A stretch of 62,830 bases of DNA from an uncultured Phaeodactylibacter sp. (GTDB lineage Bacteria > Bacteroidota > Bacteroidia > Chitinophagales > Saprospiraceae), in assembly GCA_964488965.1 (NCBI GenBank), contig CAZAXA010000001.1, forward strand, positions 1 through 62,830. Reading direction: 5' to 3'. Under the pieces are notes generated by a model that did not search any database, had not been told where the DNA came from, and worked only from the letters and a program-made list of their open reading frames with translations. Positions within the stretch are counted from its first letter, which is position 1; every line of letters begins with the position of its first letter. The translations under genes and the position numbers were made by a program. This document shows, piece after piece, positions 46,814 through 55,205 of the stretch.

Positions 46814-46862
46814 GGTTATATGGTCATATTGCTTGTCAGTGTATCGGCGTATCAGTGCAGGC

Positions 46863-47459
46863 TCACCCTCTCCCCTCCCTTTCCACCCCCGCCTTCTTCT
46901 CCAAACACATCTTCAGGTTGCGCCGGCCGTTCTGGATATAGGAGCGGATTCTGCCCACCTCTTCCTCCCGGAGCCCGGCGATCTCCTTGTAAGAATGCCC
47001 TTCCAGGTAGAAAGCCTGGATGCACTGCCGTTGTTCTTCCGGCAGTTGTTCCATACAATGCTGCAGGCCTTTCACCTGGCCATTGTCCTCTTCGAACTCA
47101 ATAATATGATGCCTGCCGTCGACAGATTGCATAAGCTGGGGATCGAAACTTTCTTCCCTCCGCCGGCTGGCCTTGCGCAGCTGCATCAGGCAATAATTCT
47201 TAGTCAGGACGTGCAGCCAGCTTTTAAAGTTATGCACCTCGTGCTCCCTCACTTTGGCGACGAGTTGTTCGAAGACGGCCATGGCTGCGTCTTCGGCTTC
47301 CTGCTCGTCCCGGCAGTATTTCAGGCAAACGCCGTACACCAGCTCCGCATAGCGTTCAAAAAGCCGCCCCAGCCAGGCGAGCTCGCCGGTGGCCCGATAA
47401 CGGGCGAGCAAATCCTCATCGGATAAGCCGCGGGAACGCTGCTGGAAAAAGCGGAGCAT
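46863..47459 (-). CDS. RNA polymerase ECF-type sigma-70 factor
   Basis: 198 aa. It has region 2 (LFERYAELVYGVCLKYCRDEQEAEDAAMAVFEQL) and region 4 (AFYLEGHSYKEIAGLREEEVGRIRSYIQNGRRNL). Confidence 0.9.
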   Translation of the reverse strand: MLRFFQQRSRGLSDEDLLARYRATGELAWLGRLFERYAELVYGVCLKYCRDEQEAEDAAMAVFEQLVAKVREHEVHNFKSWLHVLTKNYCLMQLRKASRRREESFDPQLMQSVDGRHHIIEFEEDNGQVKGLQHCMEQLPEEQRQCIQAFYLEGHSYKEIAGLREEEVGRIRSYIQNGRRNLKMCLEKKAGVEREGRG

Positions 47460-47654
47460 GAGAATGATGCCGGTTATTGATTAAATCTGGTGAATTCAGA
47501 TGTAAAAGTAGGAGGTATATGCAAGTATATCAAGCTATGATGCGAATTGTGCCGAAAAGGATGGGAGCGCGGGGTGCAAATGAACATAAAGTTTCTATAT
47601 TTTTTTGTATCATAATCCCGGCATATCCGTCATAACAGGCAACAAAGTACCCTC

Positions 47655-47686
47655 CCAGGCGTATAATCCGCCTGGCTTTCTTTTTG
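47655..47686 (+). terminator. Intrinsic-terminator-like hairpin plus T-tract with no upstream + strand gene
   Basis: CCAGGCG-tataatc-CGCCTGG (47655..47675) is followed by CTTTCTTTTTG. It lies about 90 nt upstream of the NUDIX ATG and about 195 nt from the divergent sigma start. Confidence 0.4.
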
Positions 47687-47774
47687 CGCAGATAAAAAAT
47701 ACTGAAAAACAATGCCACAATGGAGAGCCCAAAGCCCCGATGCCGCCGCATACGAGGCCACAAGCAGAAGACAA

Positions 47775-48305
47775 ATGATAGACTGGAAAAAGATAAACGA
47801 ACAATATGCCTACCGCGGGTGGAGGCACATGATACAAAGGCGTTTTGAAATGCCCGACGGGCGCCATGCCGACTTCGACGTGATCGGCATCGAGACCTTC
47901 GTGACCATAGCGGCCTTCACGAAGAAGCGTGAAGCCATCATGGTCCGCCAGTTTCGCCCGGGGCCCGAGATGGTGCTGACCAGTTTCCCGGAAGGGCTGG
48001 TAGACCCCCGGGAGTCGCCGGAGATGACCGCCCGCCGGGAGTTGCTCGAAGAAACGGGCTTCGAGGCCGGCCACATCAATTTCCTCAAGGAGGTGCGCAG
48101 CGCCTACACCACCGAACGGCAGGTCATCCTGCTGGCCACTGATTGCCATAAGGCCGGCCAGCAACGCCTGGATGCCAACGAATTTATCGAAGTGCTCACC
48201 CTGCCGCTGAACGAATTCAGGAAGCTGCTTCGCAACGCCGAAGACACCAGCTTCGCCAATGTGGATGCCGGCTACCTCGCCCTGGACAGGCTGGGGTGGA
48301 TGTGA
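47775..48305 (+). CDS. NUDIX hydrolase
   Basis: NUDIX box: GLVDPRESPEMTARRELLEETGF. I chose the start at ATG 47775 (MIDWKKINEQY...). An in-frame ATG at 47712 is also possible. Confidence 0.85.
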   Translation: MIDWKKINEQYAYRGWRHMIQRRFEMPDGRHADFDVIGIETFVTIAAFTKKREAIMVRQFRPGPEMVLTSFPEGLVDPRESPEMTARRELLEETGFEAGHINFLKEVRSAYTTERQVILLATDCHKAGQQRLDANEFIEVLTLPLNEFRKLLRNAEDTSFANVDAGYLALDRLGWM

Positions 48306-48311
48306 GTTTGT

Positions 48312-48340
48312 TATTCGGGGTTCGTTCCGAATCCCGAATA
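48312..48340. terminator. Strong 13-bp hairpin between convergent NUDIX and S9 peptidase genes (possible bidirectional terminator, no U-tract)
   Basis: TATTCGGGGTTCG-ttc-CGAATCCCGAATA forms 13 pairs, including one G-T wobble. Confidence 0.4.
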
Positions 48341-48363
48341 CACAAATAACGAATCAACGCCCC

Positions 48364-50337
48364 CTACGGCTTCGCCGGCTCCCCCTTCAGATATTTATTG
48401 AACCATCCCATCAGGCGTCGGCTGTAATCCAGGCGGGCGGTGGCATTGCGGTTGCCGTGGCCCTCGCCGGGGTACAGCGCCAACCCTACCGGCGTCTGGG
48501 TGCGGGTCTTGATGTGGCGGTACAATTCCATCGACTGGCTGGGGTCGACGCGGGTATCATCCGCGCCGGCCATGATCAGCAGGGGCGTTTTGCACTGGCC
48601 GGCGTAGTAGATGGGGCTGCGTTTCAGAAAATACTCGTAGTCTTCCCAGATGCGCTTGCGGGAGTGTACCAGGTAGAGTTCTTCCGGAATATCGCTGGTA
48701 CCCCACTTGGAAATATTGTCGCTAATGCCCACGAACATGACGCCGGCGGCAAATTTTTCCGTATAACGGGTGGCCATCCACCCGGTGGCATAACCACCAT
48801 AAGAACCGCCGGTGACGCCCACCTTGTCTTTATCCACCAGCCCCTGGCCTATGAGGTAATCCACTCCATCGACGATATCGTCAAATTCCTTGCCGGCCAG
48901 GTCGCCCTGGCTCGACATGGCAAAGGCCAGCCCCCGGCCCGTGCTGCCCCGGTAGTTGGGGTAGAAAACGCGGTAGCCTTCGGCCGCCGCCATCTGCCCG
49001 GCAGTAGAATAGTAGGTCAGCCAGCCATTGTCATAATGGGATTCCGGCCCGCCGTGCACCACGGTGATCAGCGGATAGGCCTTGCCCTTCTCCTCGTTCA
49101 GGGGATGGATGAGGATGCCCTGCAGTTCCAGCCCGTCGCGGGCCTTGAAGGTGACAGCCTCCTGGCGCCCCAGCTTTTTGTCAGCCAGCCAGGGGTTACT
49201 GACGGTGATGCGCTGAGGTTCTTTCATTTCTCCGGAGAGGAGGAAAGCCTCATCGGGAAATTCCGGGCTGTTGGCGATAAGTGCCAGAAGCCCGTTGGGC
49301 GTCCGGCTGAAGCTGCTCAAATTCAGCCCGCCGGTATTGCGCTCCCGCTTCAGGCCGCTGCCATCCGCCTTGATGGAACCCAGGGTTGAGGACAGCCCTT
49401 CGCTGGCAATGAACTGCAGGCTTTCGTTTCCTGCCCATTCAAAATCATCGAACATGCCTTCAAAATCGGGCGCCAGCAGTTTGGGCTCGCCGCCGTTGGC
49501 CTCAGCCACGAAGAGGCGCCCGGCAATGGGGTCATGGGTATCGGCCCCGCCGATGAAGGCCAGCCGCCTGCCGTCCGGGCTCCATGCCATTTTGCCCAGC
49601 TTGCCGGTGTGTTGCACGAGTATCGCCCTTTCCTGCTTTTCCGCGTCAATGATGTAAATCCGTTGCTTCATGTAGTAATCGTCGATCAACGGAGTAGGCG
49701 CCACGGCTACAGCGAGCGCCTTGCCGTCCGGGCTCCACTGGATGTCGTGGAAATTTCCGTTGATGTTGACGGCCTTCGGTTCTTTCTGCTCCCAATCCAT
49801 CATATAGGCGCGGGAGTACGTGAGGTTCTCCTCGTAGAGGATGGGTTCGTAGGGTAGTTTGTCTTCGCCCTCCGTTTTTTTCCCGGGTTCGGCGGCGATG
49901 AAAGCCAGCTTTTTGCCGTCGGCCGACCACTGGTACTGTGAGATGGCGGTTTCAAAGGCATAAACTTTCTGCGCCTCCCCGCCGGAGAGCGACAGTTCAT
50001 AGAGGGACGTAACTTCGTCGCCGTCCATTTTGGCCAGGAAAGTAATGCTGTTGTGGGCAGGCCGGAATCCGGCAGCCCGAACGCTGCCGCGGGTGAACAG
50101 GGGCAACGGCTGCTGCTGGCCGGCGCGGTACAGGTAGAGGTGGTAGCTGGCCGGCTTGTTCTCTTTATAAGGGTCGGCCGGCTCCGAAACGGTATAGGCC
50201 ACCATCTGGCCGTCGTCAGAGATGTCTGCGCTGCTGACCATCCGGAGGCGGGCGATGTCGTCCGCCGTCAGGCCCTGGGCATGGGCTATCAGTATGGAAA
50301 AAACGAAGGCCAGGGCAAAGAGGATCTTTTGGATCAT
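48364..50337 (-). CDS. S9-family serine peptidase (prolyl oligopeptidase/acylaminoacyl-peptidase type) with an N-terminal beta-propeller
   Basis: 657 aa with a signal peptide. It has WD40-like/TolB-like repeats (WSPDGK...), the nucleophile GGSYGGY, and downstream DDTRV and PGEGHG triad contexts. Confidence 0.9.
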   Translation of the reverse strand: MIQKILFALAFVFSILIAHAQGLTADDIARLRMVSSADISDDGQMVAYTVSEPADPYKENKPASYHLYLYRAGQQQPLPLFTRGSVRAAGFRPAHNSITFLAKMDGDEVTSLYELSLSGGEAQKVYAFETAISQYQWSADGKKLAFIAAEPGKKTEGEDKLPYEPILYEENLTYSRAYMMDWEQKEPKAVNINGNFHDIQWSPDGKALAVAVAPTPLIDDYYMKQRIYIIDAEKQERAILVQHTGKLGKMAWSPDGRRLAFIGGADTHDPIAGRLFVAEANGGEPKLLAPDFEGMFDDFEWAGNESLQFIASEGLSSTLGSIKADGSGLKRERNTGGLNLSSFSRTPNGLLALIANSPEFPDEAFLLSGEMKEPQRITVSNPWLADKKLGRQEAVTFKARDGLELQGILIHPLNEEKGKAYPLITVVHGGPESHYDNGWLTYYSTAGQMAAAEGYRVFYPNYRGSTGRGLAFAMSSQGDLAGKEFDDIVDGVDYLIGQGLVDKDKVGVTGGSYGGYATGWMATRYTEKFAAGVMFVGISDNISKWGTSDIPEELYLVHSRKRIWEDYEYFLKRSPIYYAGQCKTPLLIMAGADDTRVDPSQSMELYRHIKTRTQTPVGLALYPGEGHGNRNATARLDYSRRLMGWFNKYLKGEPAKP

Positions 50338-50484
50338 GTTGGCTTGTTTTTGGTGAGAAAAATATGCGATTTTCTAATAGGAACAAGGTAAGGGCTTTAG
50401 GGTTTGAAGGGTTGGGCCTTTATGGGATTATTATACTCCGCTGCAACAGGCTTTGTGGCGTTGCAATGGGGCTTGGCATGGCCG

Positions 50485-50632
50485 GGGTTGTGCAAAAAGG
50501 TATAGTACACTGATCTTTTAGGATCGTAACCATCAAAGGCGGTGATCTTAACAAATCCTGACCAATCCTAATACATCCCTGGCTACCTATGGTAGCAGTG
50601 TACTGTCCTCCCAGGGGCTTTTTTCACAACCC
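50485..50632. repeat. MITE-like long inverted-repeat element with an internal perfect hairpin and a T-tract
   Basis: The left end is GGGTTGTGCAAAAAGG...AGTACACTG (50485..50512). The right end is CAGTGTACT...CTTTTTTCACAACCC (50596..50632). The internal hairpin is GCTACC-tat-GGTAGC (50582..50596). Confidence 0.45.
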
Positions 50633-50691
50633 TCGCGGCACGGCGCTTTTGAACAATGTCCGCTGGCCCTGCGATCAGAATGATCGCGGCA

Positions 50692-53337
50692 CTATTCACC
50701 GAACAACAGCAGCCCGCTCCATATTGCCGGCGCTGCCGTTGCCTTAGCCCGGATCATTCCGAGCTTGGCCTGCCGAAGCGCCGCCGCGGGGCTTTGGCCA
50801 CCAAGCAATTCCTTATAAAGGGGCGCCATCATTTCCACAGCATAGATACTGGCAGGCTTCCAGAGGGATATTATTACATTGGAGGCGCCGGCATCCAGAA
50901 AAGAACGGCTCAGGGAGAGGGCGCCTTCACCTTCCGCCAACTGCCCCATGCCGCTATCACAGTTGCTGACCACCACCAGTTCGGCCTGAAGCGTCAGGGT
51001 GGCGGCCTCCGGACAGAAGAGGATACCGTCTTCGGCGCTGCCGCCTTCCTTTTGGGCGAAGGCGATACCGGACAGAGCGGGGGTGGCCTCGTTGATAAAA
51101 CCGTGCGTGGCCAGGTGCAGGTAGCGGCAATGCCCGGCGCGCTCCCGGAAAGCCGGCTCGCTGGCCTCAGCCCGGAGCAGCGCCGCTGCGGTTTGTTTTT
51201 TACCGGAAAACTGTTCCAGGATGCCATTCATCTCTATTTCCGAGAGTGGCAGGGGAAGGAAGCGGCGCCCGTCGGGAGCGGCGGCGAGCAGGCTTCTGCT
51301 CTGCTGGTAAGCAGTGTCGAAGACAAAAGCGTTGCTGCTTCCGATGGCGTTGTCATTTGCCTGTTGGCTGAAAAAGGGGGCCATGCCCAGCAGGCCTTCG
51401 CCGTAGTTGCCGGACGGAGCGCCTGCCCTCGCGAAGAGGCTTGCCGAATGCCGGTACTGAACGGCCACATCTCCGATGAGGTAATCGAGCTTGTGCAGTT
51501 TTACCTTTTCCGGTTTGTCCATCCTGTTGGCGGACAGCGCTTCAAAAGGAATATGGACAAGCTTCCCGTGGGGAAGGATGATGAGTTCTTCTTTCTCATC
51601 GAGCAGTCCCTTTACCGGGAGGATGAGCCGCCTATAGAGGTTGCCGCTGTAAAAAGCGAATTTCTGTTCGTCCCCTTGCCGGATAGCCTTCAGGTAGCCG
51701 TCGATGGCATCGGGCAGGGCGGGCAGTTTCAGTTCCTCGTCCGGCCCGGCGCTGAGTTGCGATACTGTGAAACTGCCGTCGGCCAGGGCAAAGATGAAGT
51801 AATGGCTATTGCCGGTGAAGTAGGCCAACATGGCCTGCTTTTTGCCGAGTTTGCCCTGCAACTGTTGAGGCGTAGCCAGTTCCAGGGCGAAGCGTTGCCG
51901 GTAGTAGGCCGGCGAAGCGCTTTGGAGGCTTTCGGCGAAGGCCCGGTAGGCCTGCCGCCGGCGCTCCAGTTTTTGCTGCAGGCCCGCCTTGTCGGGGTAG
52001 AGGTTGAAGTCCGCCTCTGCCGCTTTCATGGCGTAGCGCAGGCGGGCTTCTTCTTCCCGCAGGTCCGGCGGCAGTTGCGCAAGCCCCTGCCGGTGGATGC
52101 GGTTGAGGCGCAGTGCCAATGCCCGGGCGCGTTCGGAAAGCTCGAAGGCCTTTTCGGCCTGGGCAGGGTTGCCTGTTGCCCGATAAAGCCGGCAGGCTGC
52201 GGTTATGCCCGCCTCGAAGACGGGAATATGTTCTTCCAGGATGGCCAGGCGGTTATTCTCGTCAATAAGCAGGGCCGCTTCCTCTTCCAGCGCTTCGATG
52301 CCGCGCTGGCTGGCAGCCAGGGCCTGCCCGAGGTGTTCCTGCCCGCCTGCTTTAAGCAGCAGGGCCGCTTTTGCCGACAGGGCGCGGGCCAGCAGGAGGC
52401 GGCTGAGGGAAAGCTGTTCCGGGCCGGGATTATCCCCGATGCGGGCGCCGGCAAAGCCCGGGCAGAGCTGGCGGAGCGCTTCCTGCACGGCATAACGGGC
52501 GCCTGCCGTATCTTCTGTGCTGAGCCGGAGTTCCGCCAGAGCGATCAGGCTACGGCCCAGTTCGCGGCGGCTTCCGCCATCAGGGCTTTGAAAAGCCTCT
52601 CTGGCCAGAGCATAGCAGGCCTCGGCTTTCTGGAAGGCCCCTTCCCGGAAGGCCAGTTCTCCCCGGGCGTCATACAGCTGCCCCTTGCGGGCGGCGCCGC
52701 CCGCCAGCCCTTTTTCCACGGCCAGAGCTTTTTCCATCCATTCCCAGGCAGCTTCCGTATTCCCTTCGAGCAGGCAGGTGCGCCCAATGTAGTAATAATT
52801 GATGGCAACGGCCGGCGCCTCTTCCCCTTCTTCGATCAGGAGGATATCCAGCGACTGTTGATAGTACCGGCGGGCCCGTTCGTACTGTTTAAGTTCCGCA
52901 AAGGTATGGCCGAAATGTTCCTTGATACGGGCGGCTGTCTGCGGGGCGTCGATAAGGGGGAATGCCTCGGAGCGGAACAACTGGGCCAGCGCCCGCTCGT
53001 ATTGGCCCTGCCGGAGATAGATGGCGCCGGCGCGCAGGTAGTTTTTTGCAGCATCTTCAGGGATGAACTGCTGCAGCAGTTCCAGGGAGGCGGCGTTGTC
53101 GGCCAGGGCGGCCGCCAGGTTGCCCAGTTGCAGGTAGTTGTAACTCCTCAGGAAGAGGGCCTCTCCCTTATCGTACAAGCGGCCGGGATGGGCATCCATA
53201 AACTCGCCGAGCAGCGCATTAGAGGCCTCGTAGCGGCCGGCAGCGGAAAGGGCTTCGGCCTCCCCGAGCATCTTTTCGGGCTGTGCCTTGGCGGTATGTA
53301 AAAAAGTGAGCAGTACAAAGAGCAGGGGATATTTCAT
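50692..53337 (-). CDS. Secreted TPR-repeat CHAT-domain (caspase-like) protease
   Basis: 881 aa with a signal peptide (MKYPLLFVLLTFLHTAKAQ). About 550 aa of TPR-like repeats are followed by a C-terminal CHAT domain with a His/Cys dyad context (YLHLATHGF ... LVVVSNCDSGMG). Confidence 0.9.
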   Translation of the reverse strand: MKYPLLFVLLTFLHTAKAQPEKMLGEAEALSAAGRYEASNALLGEFMDAHPGRLYDKGEALFLRSYNYLQLGNLAAALADNAASLELLQQFIPEDAAKNYLRAGAIYLRQGQYERALAQLFRSEAFPLIDAPQTAARIKEHFGHTFAELKQYERARRYYQQSLDILLIEEGEEAPAVAINYYYIGRTCLLEGNTEAAWEWMEKALAVEKGLAGGAARKGQLYDARGELAFREGAFQKAEACYALAREAFQSPDGGSRRELGRSLIALAELRLSTEDTAGARYAVQEALRQLCPGFAGARIGDNPGPEQLSLSRLLLARALSAKAALLLKAGGQEHLGQALAASQRGIEALEEEAALLIDENNRLAILEEHIPVFEAGITAACRLYRATGNPAQAEKAFELSERARALALRLNRIHRQGLAQLPPDLREEEARLRYAMKAAEADFNLYPDKAGLQQKLERRRQAYRAFAESLQSASPAYYRQRFALELATPQQLQGKLGKKQAMLAYFTGNSHYFIFALADGSFTVSQLSAGPDEELKLPALPDAIDGYLKAIRQGDEQKFAFYSGNLYRRLILPVKGLLDEKEELIILPHGKLVHIPFEALSANRMDKPEKVKLHKLDYLIGDVAVQYRHSASLFARAGAPSGNYGEGLLGMAPFFSQQANDNAIGSSNAFVFDTAYQQSRSLLAAAPDGRRFLPLPLSEIEMNGILEQFSGKKQTAAALLRAEASEPAFRERAGHCRYLHLATHGFINEATPALSGIAFAQKEGGSAEDGILFCPEAATLTLQAELVVVSNCDSGMGQLAEGEGALSLSRSFLDAGASNVIISLWKPASIYAVEMMAPLYKELLGGQSPAAALRQAKLGMIRAKATAAPAIWSGLLLFGE

Positions 53338-53599
53338 AACAGCTTTTTGTCATTTCAGGACTTTGGCGAAAGTAAAGAGAATTCCTGAGACGTGAGCTTC
53401 TTCAAAGGCATTACCTTATTCCATCAAAATAAACCTTTGATTGTTAATTCAATGAGGGCCTTCCCGAAAACGACATGCTCACCTTAAGAAAAAATTAACC
53501 CTTCCTTGTTAGGGGGCTGGCCGGGATCATCGGTAGTGAGAGTAAACCCCATTGCCAAAACCCTGGATATACTTCAAAACCCTTTAAAAACGATCTGCC

Positions 53600-54277
53600 A
53601 TGAAAAACCTGATCATTTTTCTTTTTGCAGCTTTACTGCTGAGCAGCTGTGGCCGGGAGTATTACAAAACGGCCGGTTATGATACATACGCCCCCGGGCA
53701 TCGGGCCATCGCCGTGGCGCCGGTAGAGACGATCACTACCGGCCGCATCCCGCCGGAAGTCACCCAGGAGATGATCGAACAGATCGAGGATGCCGAAAGC
53801 CAGGCCTTCCAGATTTCCCTCTTCAATGAGATCGCCCGCCGCAGCGGGAGCCGACCGGGTGAGATACAGATCAACCTGCAGCACTATTCCGAGACCAACA
53901 AGCGGCTCAGGGACGCCGGGTATACGCCCCGCGAAAGCCTGGAACTGGCGCCTGCCCAACTGGCGGAGATTCTGGGCGTCGACGCCGTGGTGCGCGCCAC
54001 CGTCCGGAAAACCCACTACCTGACCGACCTGGAAGCTTTCGGCTTCGATATGGCGAGCACCTTCCTGGCCATCTTTACCGACTGGCCTTTCTGGTTCCTT
54101 CCCGACTCCAAAACTGCAGATGTCGACGCTTCCTGCAGCATCCTCGACGGCAAGGCGGGCGTACCTGTCTGGTCCACCAACCGCCGCTGGCGGCTGGACT
54201 GGAACCGCCGCCACAACGAGATCATCGACAACATCAGCCGGAAAATGGCGCGGAGGTTTCCGTATCGGACGCCGTGA
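53600..54277 (+). CDS. Hypothetical lipoprotein
   Basis: 225 aa. Lipobox: FAALLLSSC-G. No catalytic motif recognised. Confidence 0.6.
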   Translation: MKNLIIFLFAALLLSSCGREYYKTAGYDTYAPGHRAIAVAPVETITTGRIPPEVTQEMIEQIEDAESQAFQISLFNEIARRSGSRPGEIQINLQHYSETNKRLRDAGYTPRESLELAPAQLAEILGVDAVVRATVRKTHYLTDLEAFGFDMASTFLAIFTDWPFWFLPDSKTADVDASCSILDGKAGVPVWSTNRRWRLDWNRRHNEIIDNISRKMARRFPYRTP

Positions 54278-54507
54278 GGGGGGGATTCGTGCATTGGTGA
54301 AAGGGCTGCGGAAAGCCGGAGTATCGTCTTTTTCCGAAATACGATAGCAATGCGCTGAAATGCTTTGTAGGTGTTTCCACTGTATTTCCCCGGATTCCTT
54401 CATTTAACCCTGACTGCTTACCCCGGGCAGAGAGGTAAACCTTTATCCTTCACCCTGAGTGGAGCGGGAAATGCTATGCCCGCTCCGCTCACAAACGCCT
54501 TAATAAA

Positions 54508-55092
54508 ATGAAAAACACCCTGAGCACTCTGTTGGCCATCATCCTGTTGGCCGCCTTCACCCAACAGGCAGAAGCCCAATGCCGGAACGGCCGGCAGAAG
54601 AAGGGATTCCTGGACGCCCACATCGGCATCGGGCTGTTTCCCACTTATCTCAAGGACAACGGCCGTACGGCGGGCCTGCCCCTCAGCGGGAGCCTGAACT
54701 ACCGGCTGCAGCAAAACTTCAGCCTGGGCGCCTTTGCCGGCTACTCCTTCACTTACGGCGCCCGCGTTTTTGTGGGCAGCAAAACGGCCGCCCCCTGGAA
54801 GAACCGTACCGCGGTGGCCGGCCTGCGCTTTGCCGCCCACTCTAACCCCCTTGGCGGCTGGGAGTTCTACGGCGGCATGGCCGCAGGCATGCACTTCAGC
54901 CGTTTCGACATCATGGAGGCCAAAGCCCGGGAAAAGGCCCGGCAGCATGGCTTCCAAGCCCGGCGTTCCAAATTCTACGCCACCGGTTTTATCGGCGCCC
55001 GGTATTGCCTGCGCAAAAACCTCGGCCTGTTTACCGAAGTGGGTATGGGGGATTCGCTGCTGAAGATGGGGGTGAGTTGCAGGGTTTGGTAA
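54508..55092 (+). CDS. Small outer-membrane beta-barrel protein (hypothetical)
   Basis: 194 aa. Signal peptide: MKNTLSTLLAIILLAAFTQQAEAQ. It has Gly/aromatic-rich alternating strands and a terminal aromatic residue (...CRVW). Confidence 0.65.
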   Translation: MKNTLSTLLAIILLAAFTQQAEAQCRNGRQKKGFLDAHIGIGLFPTYLKDNGRTAGLPLSGSLNYRLQQNFSLGAFAGYSFTYGARVFVGSKTAAPWKNRTAVAGLRFAAHSNPLGGWEFYGGMAAGMHFSRFDIMEAKAREKARQHGFQARRSKFYATGFIGARYCLRKNLGLFTEVGMGDSLLKMGVSCRVW

Positions 55093-55205
55093 TCTTCCTA
55101 CAGCGGCTCCCGCTTTTAAACCTGAAGAGATATTCAGAGCCGCCCTGGCTATATAACTGCATATCCAGGGTAAAGCCAGGTAATTACCCAGTGAGAAGCC
55201 CGGCC

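Noticed and set aside
47712-47774. Upstream ATG (47712) as the NUDIX start
   Set aside because: The 21 extra residues (MPQWRAQSPDAAAYEATSRRQ) look non-conserved. The ATG at 47775 gives a typical N-terminus. This is unresolved without homolog alignment, so it is noted in the feature evidence.
50656-53301. 881-aa + strand ORF, exactly the same length as the TPR-CHAT gene and mirroring it
   Set aside because: The translation is Ala/Gly/Arg/Leu-rich low-complexity sequence without any motif. The - strand frame carries a signal peptide, TPR repeats and the CHAT His/Cys dyad. This is a typical antisense shadow ORF of GC-rich coding DNA.
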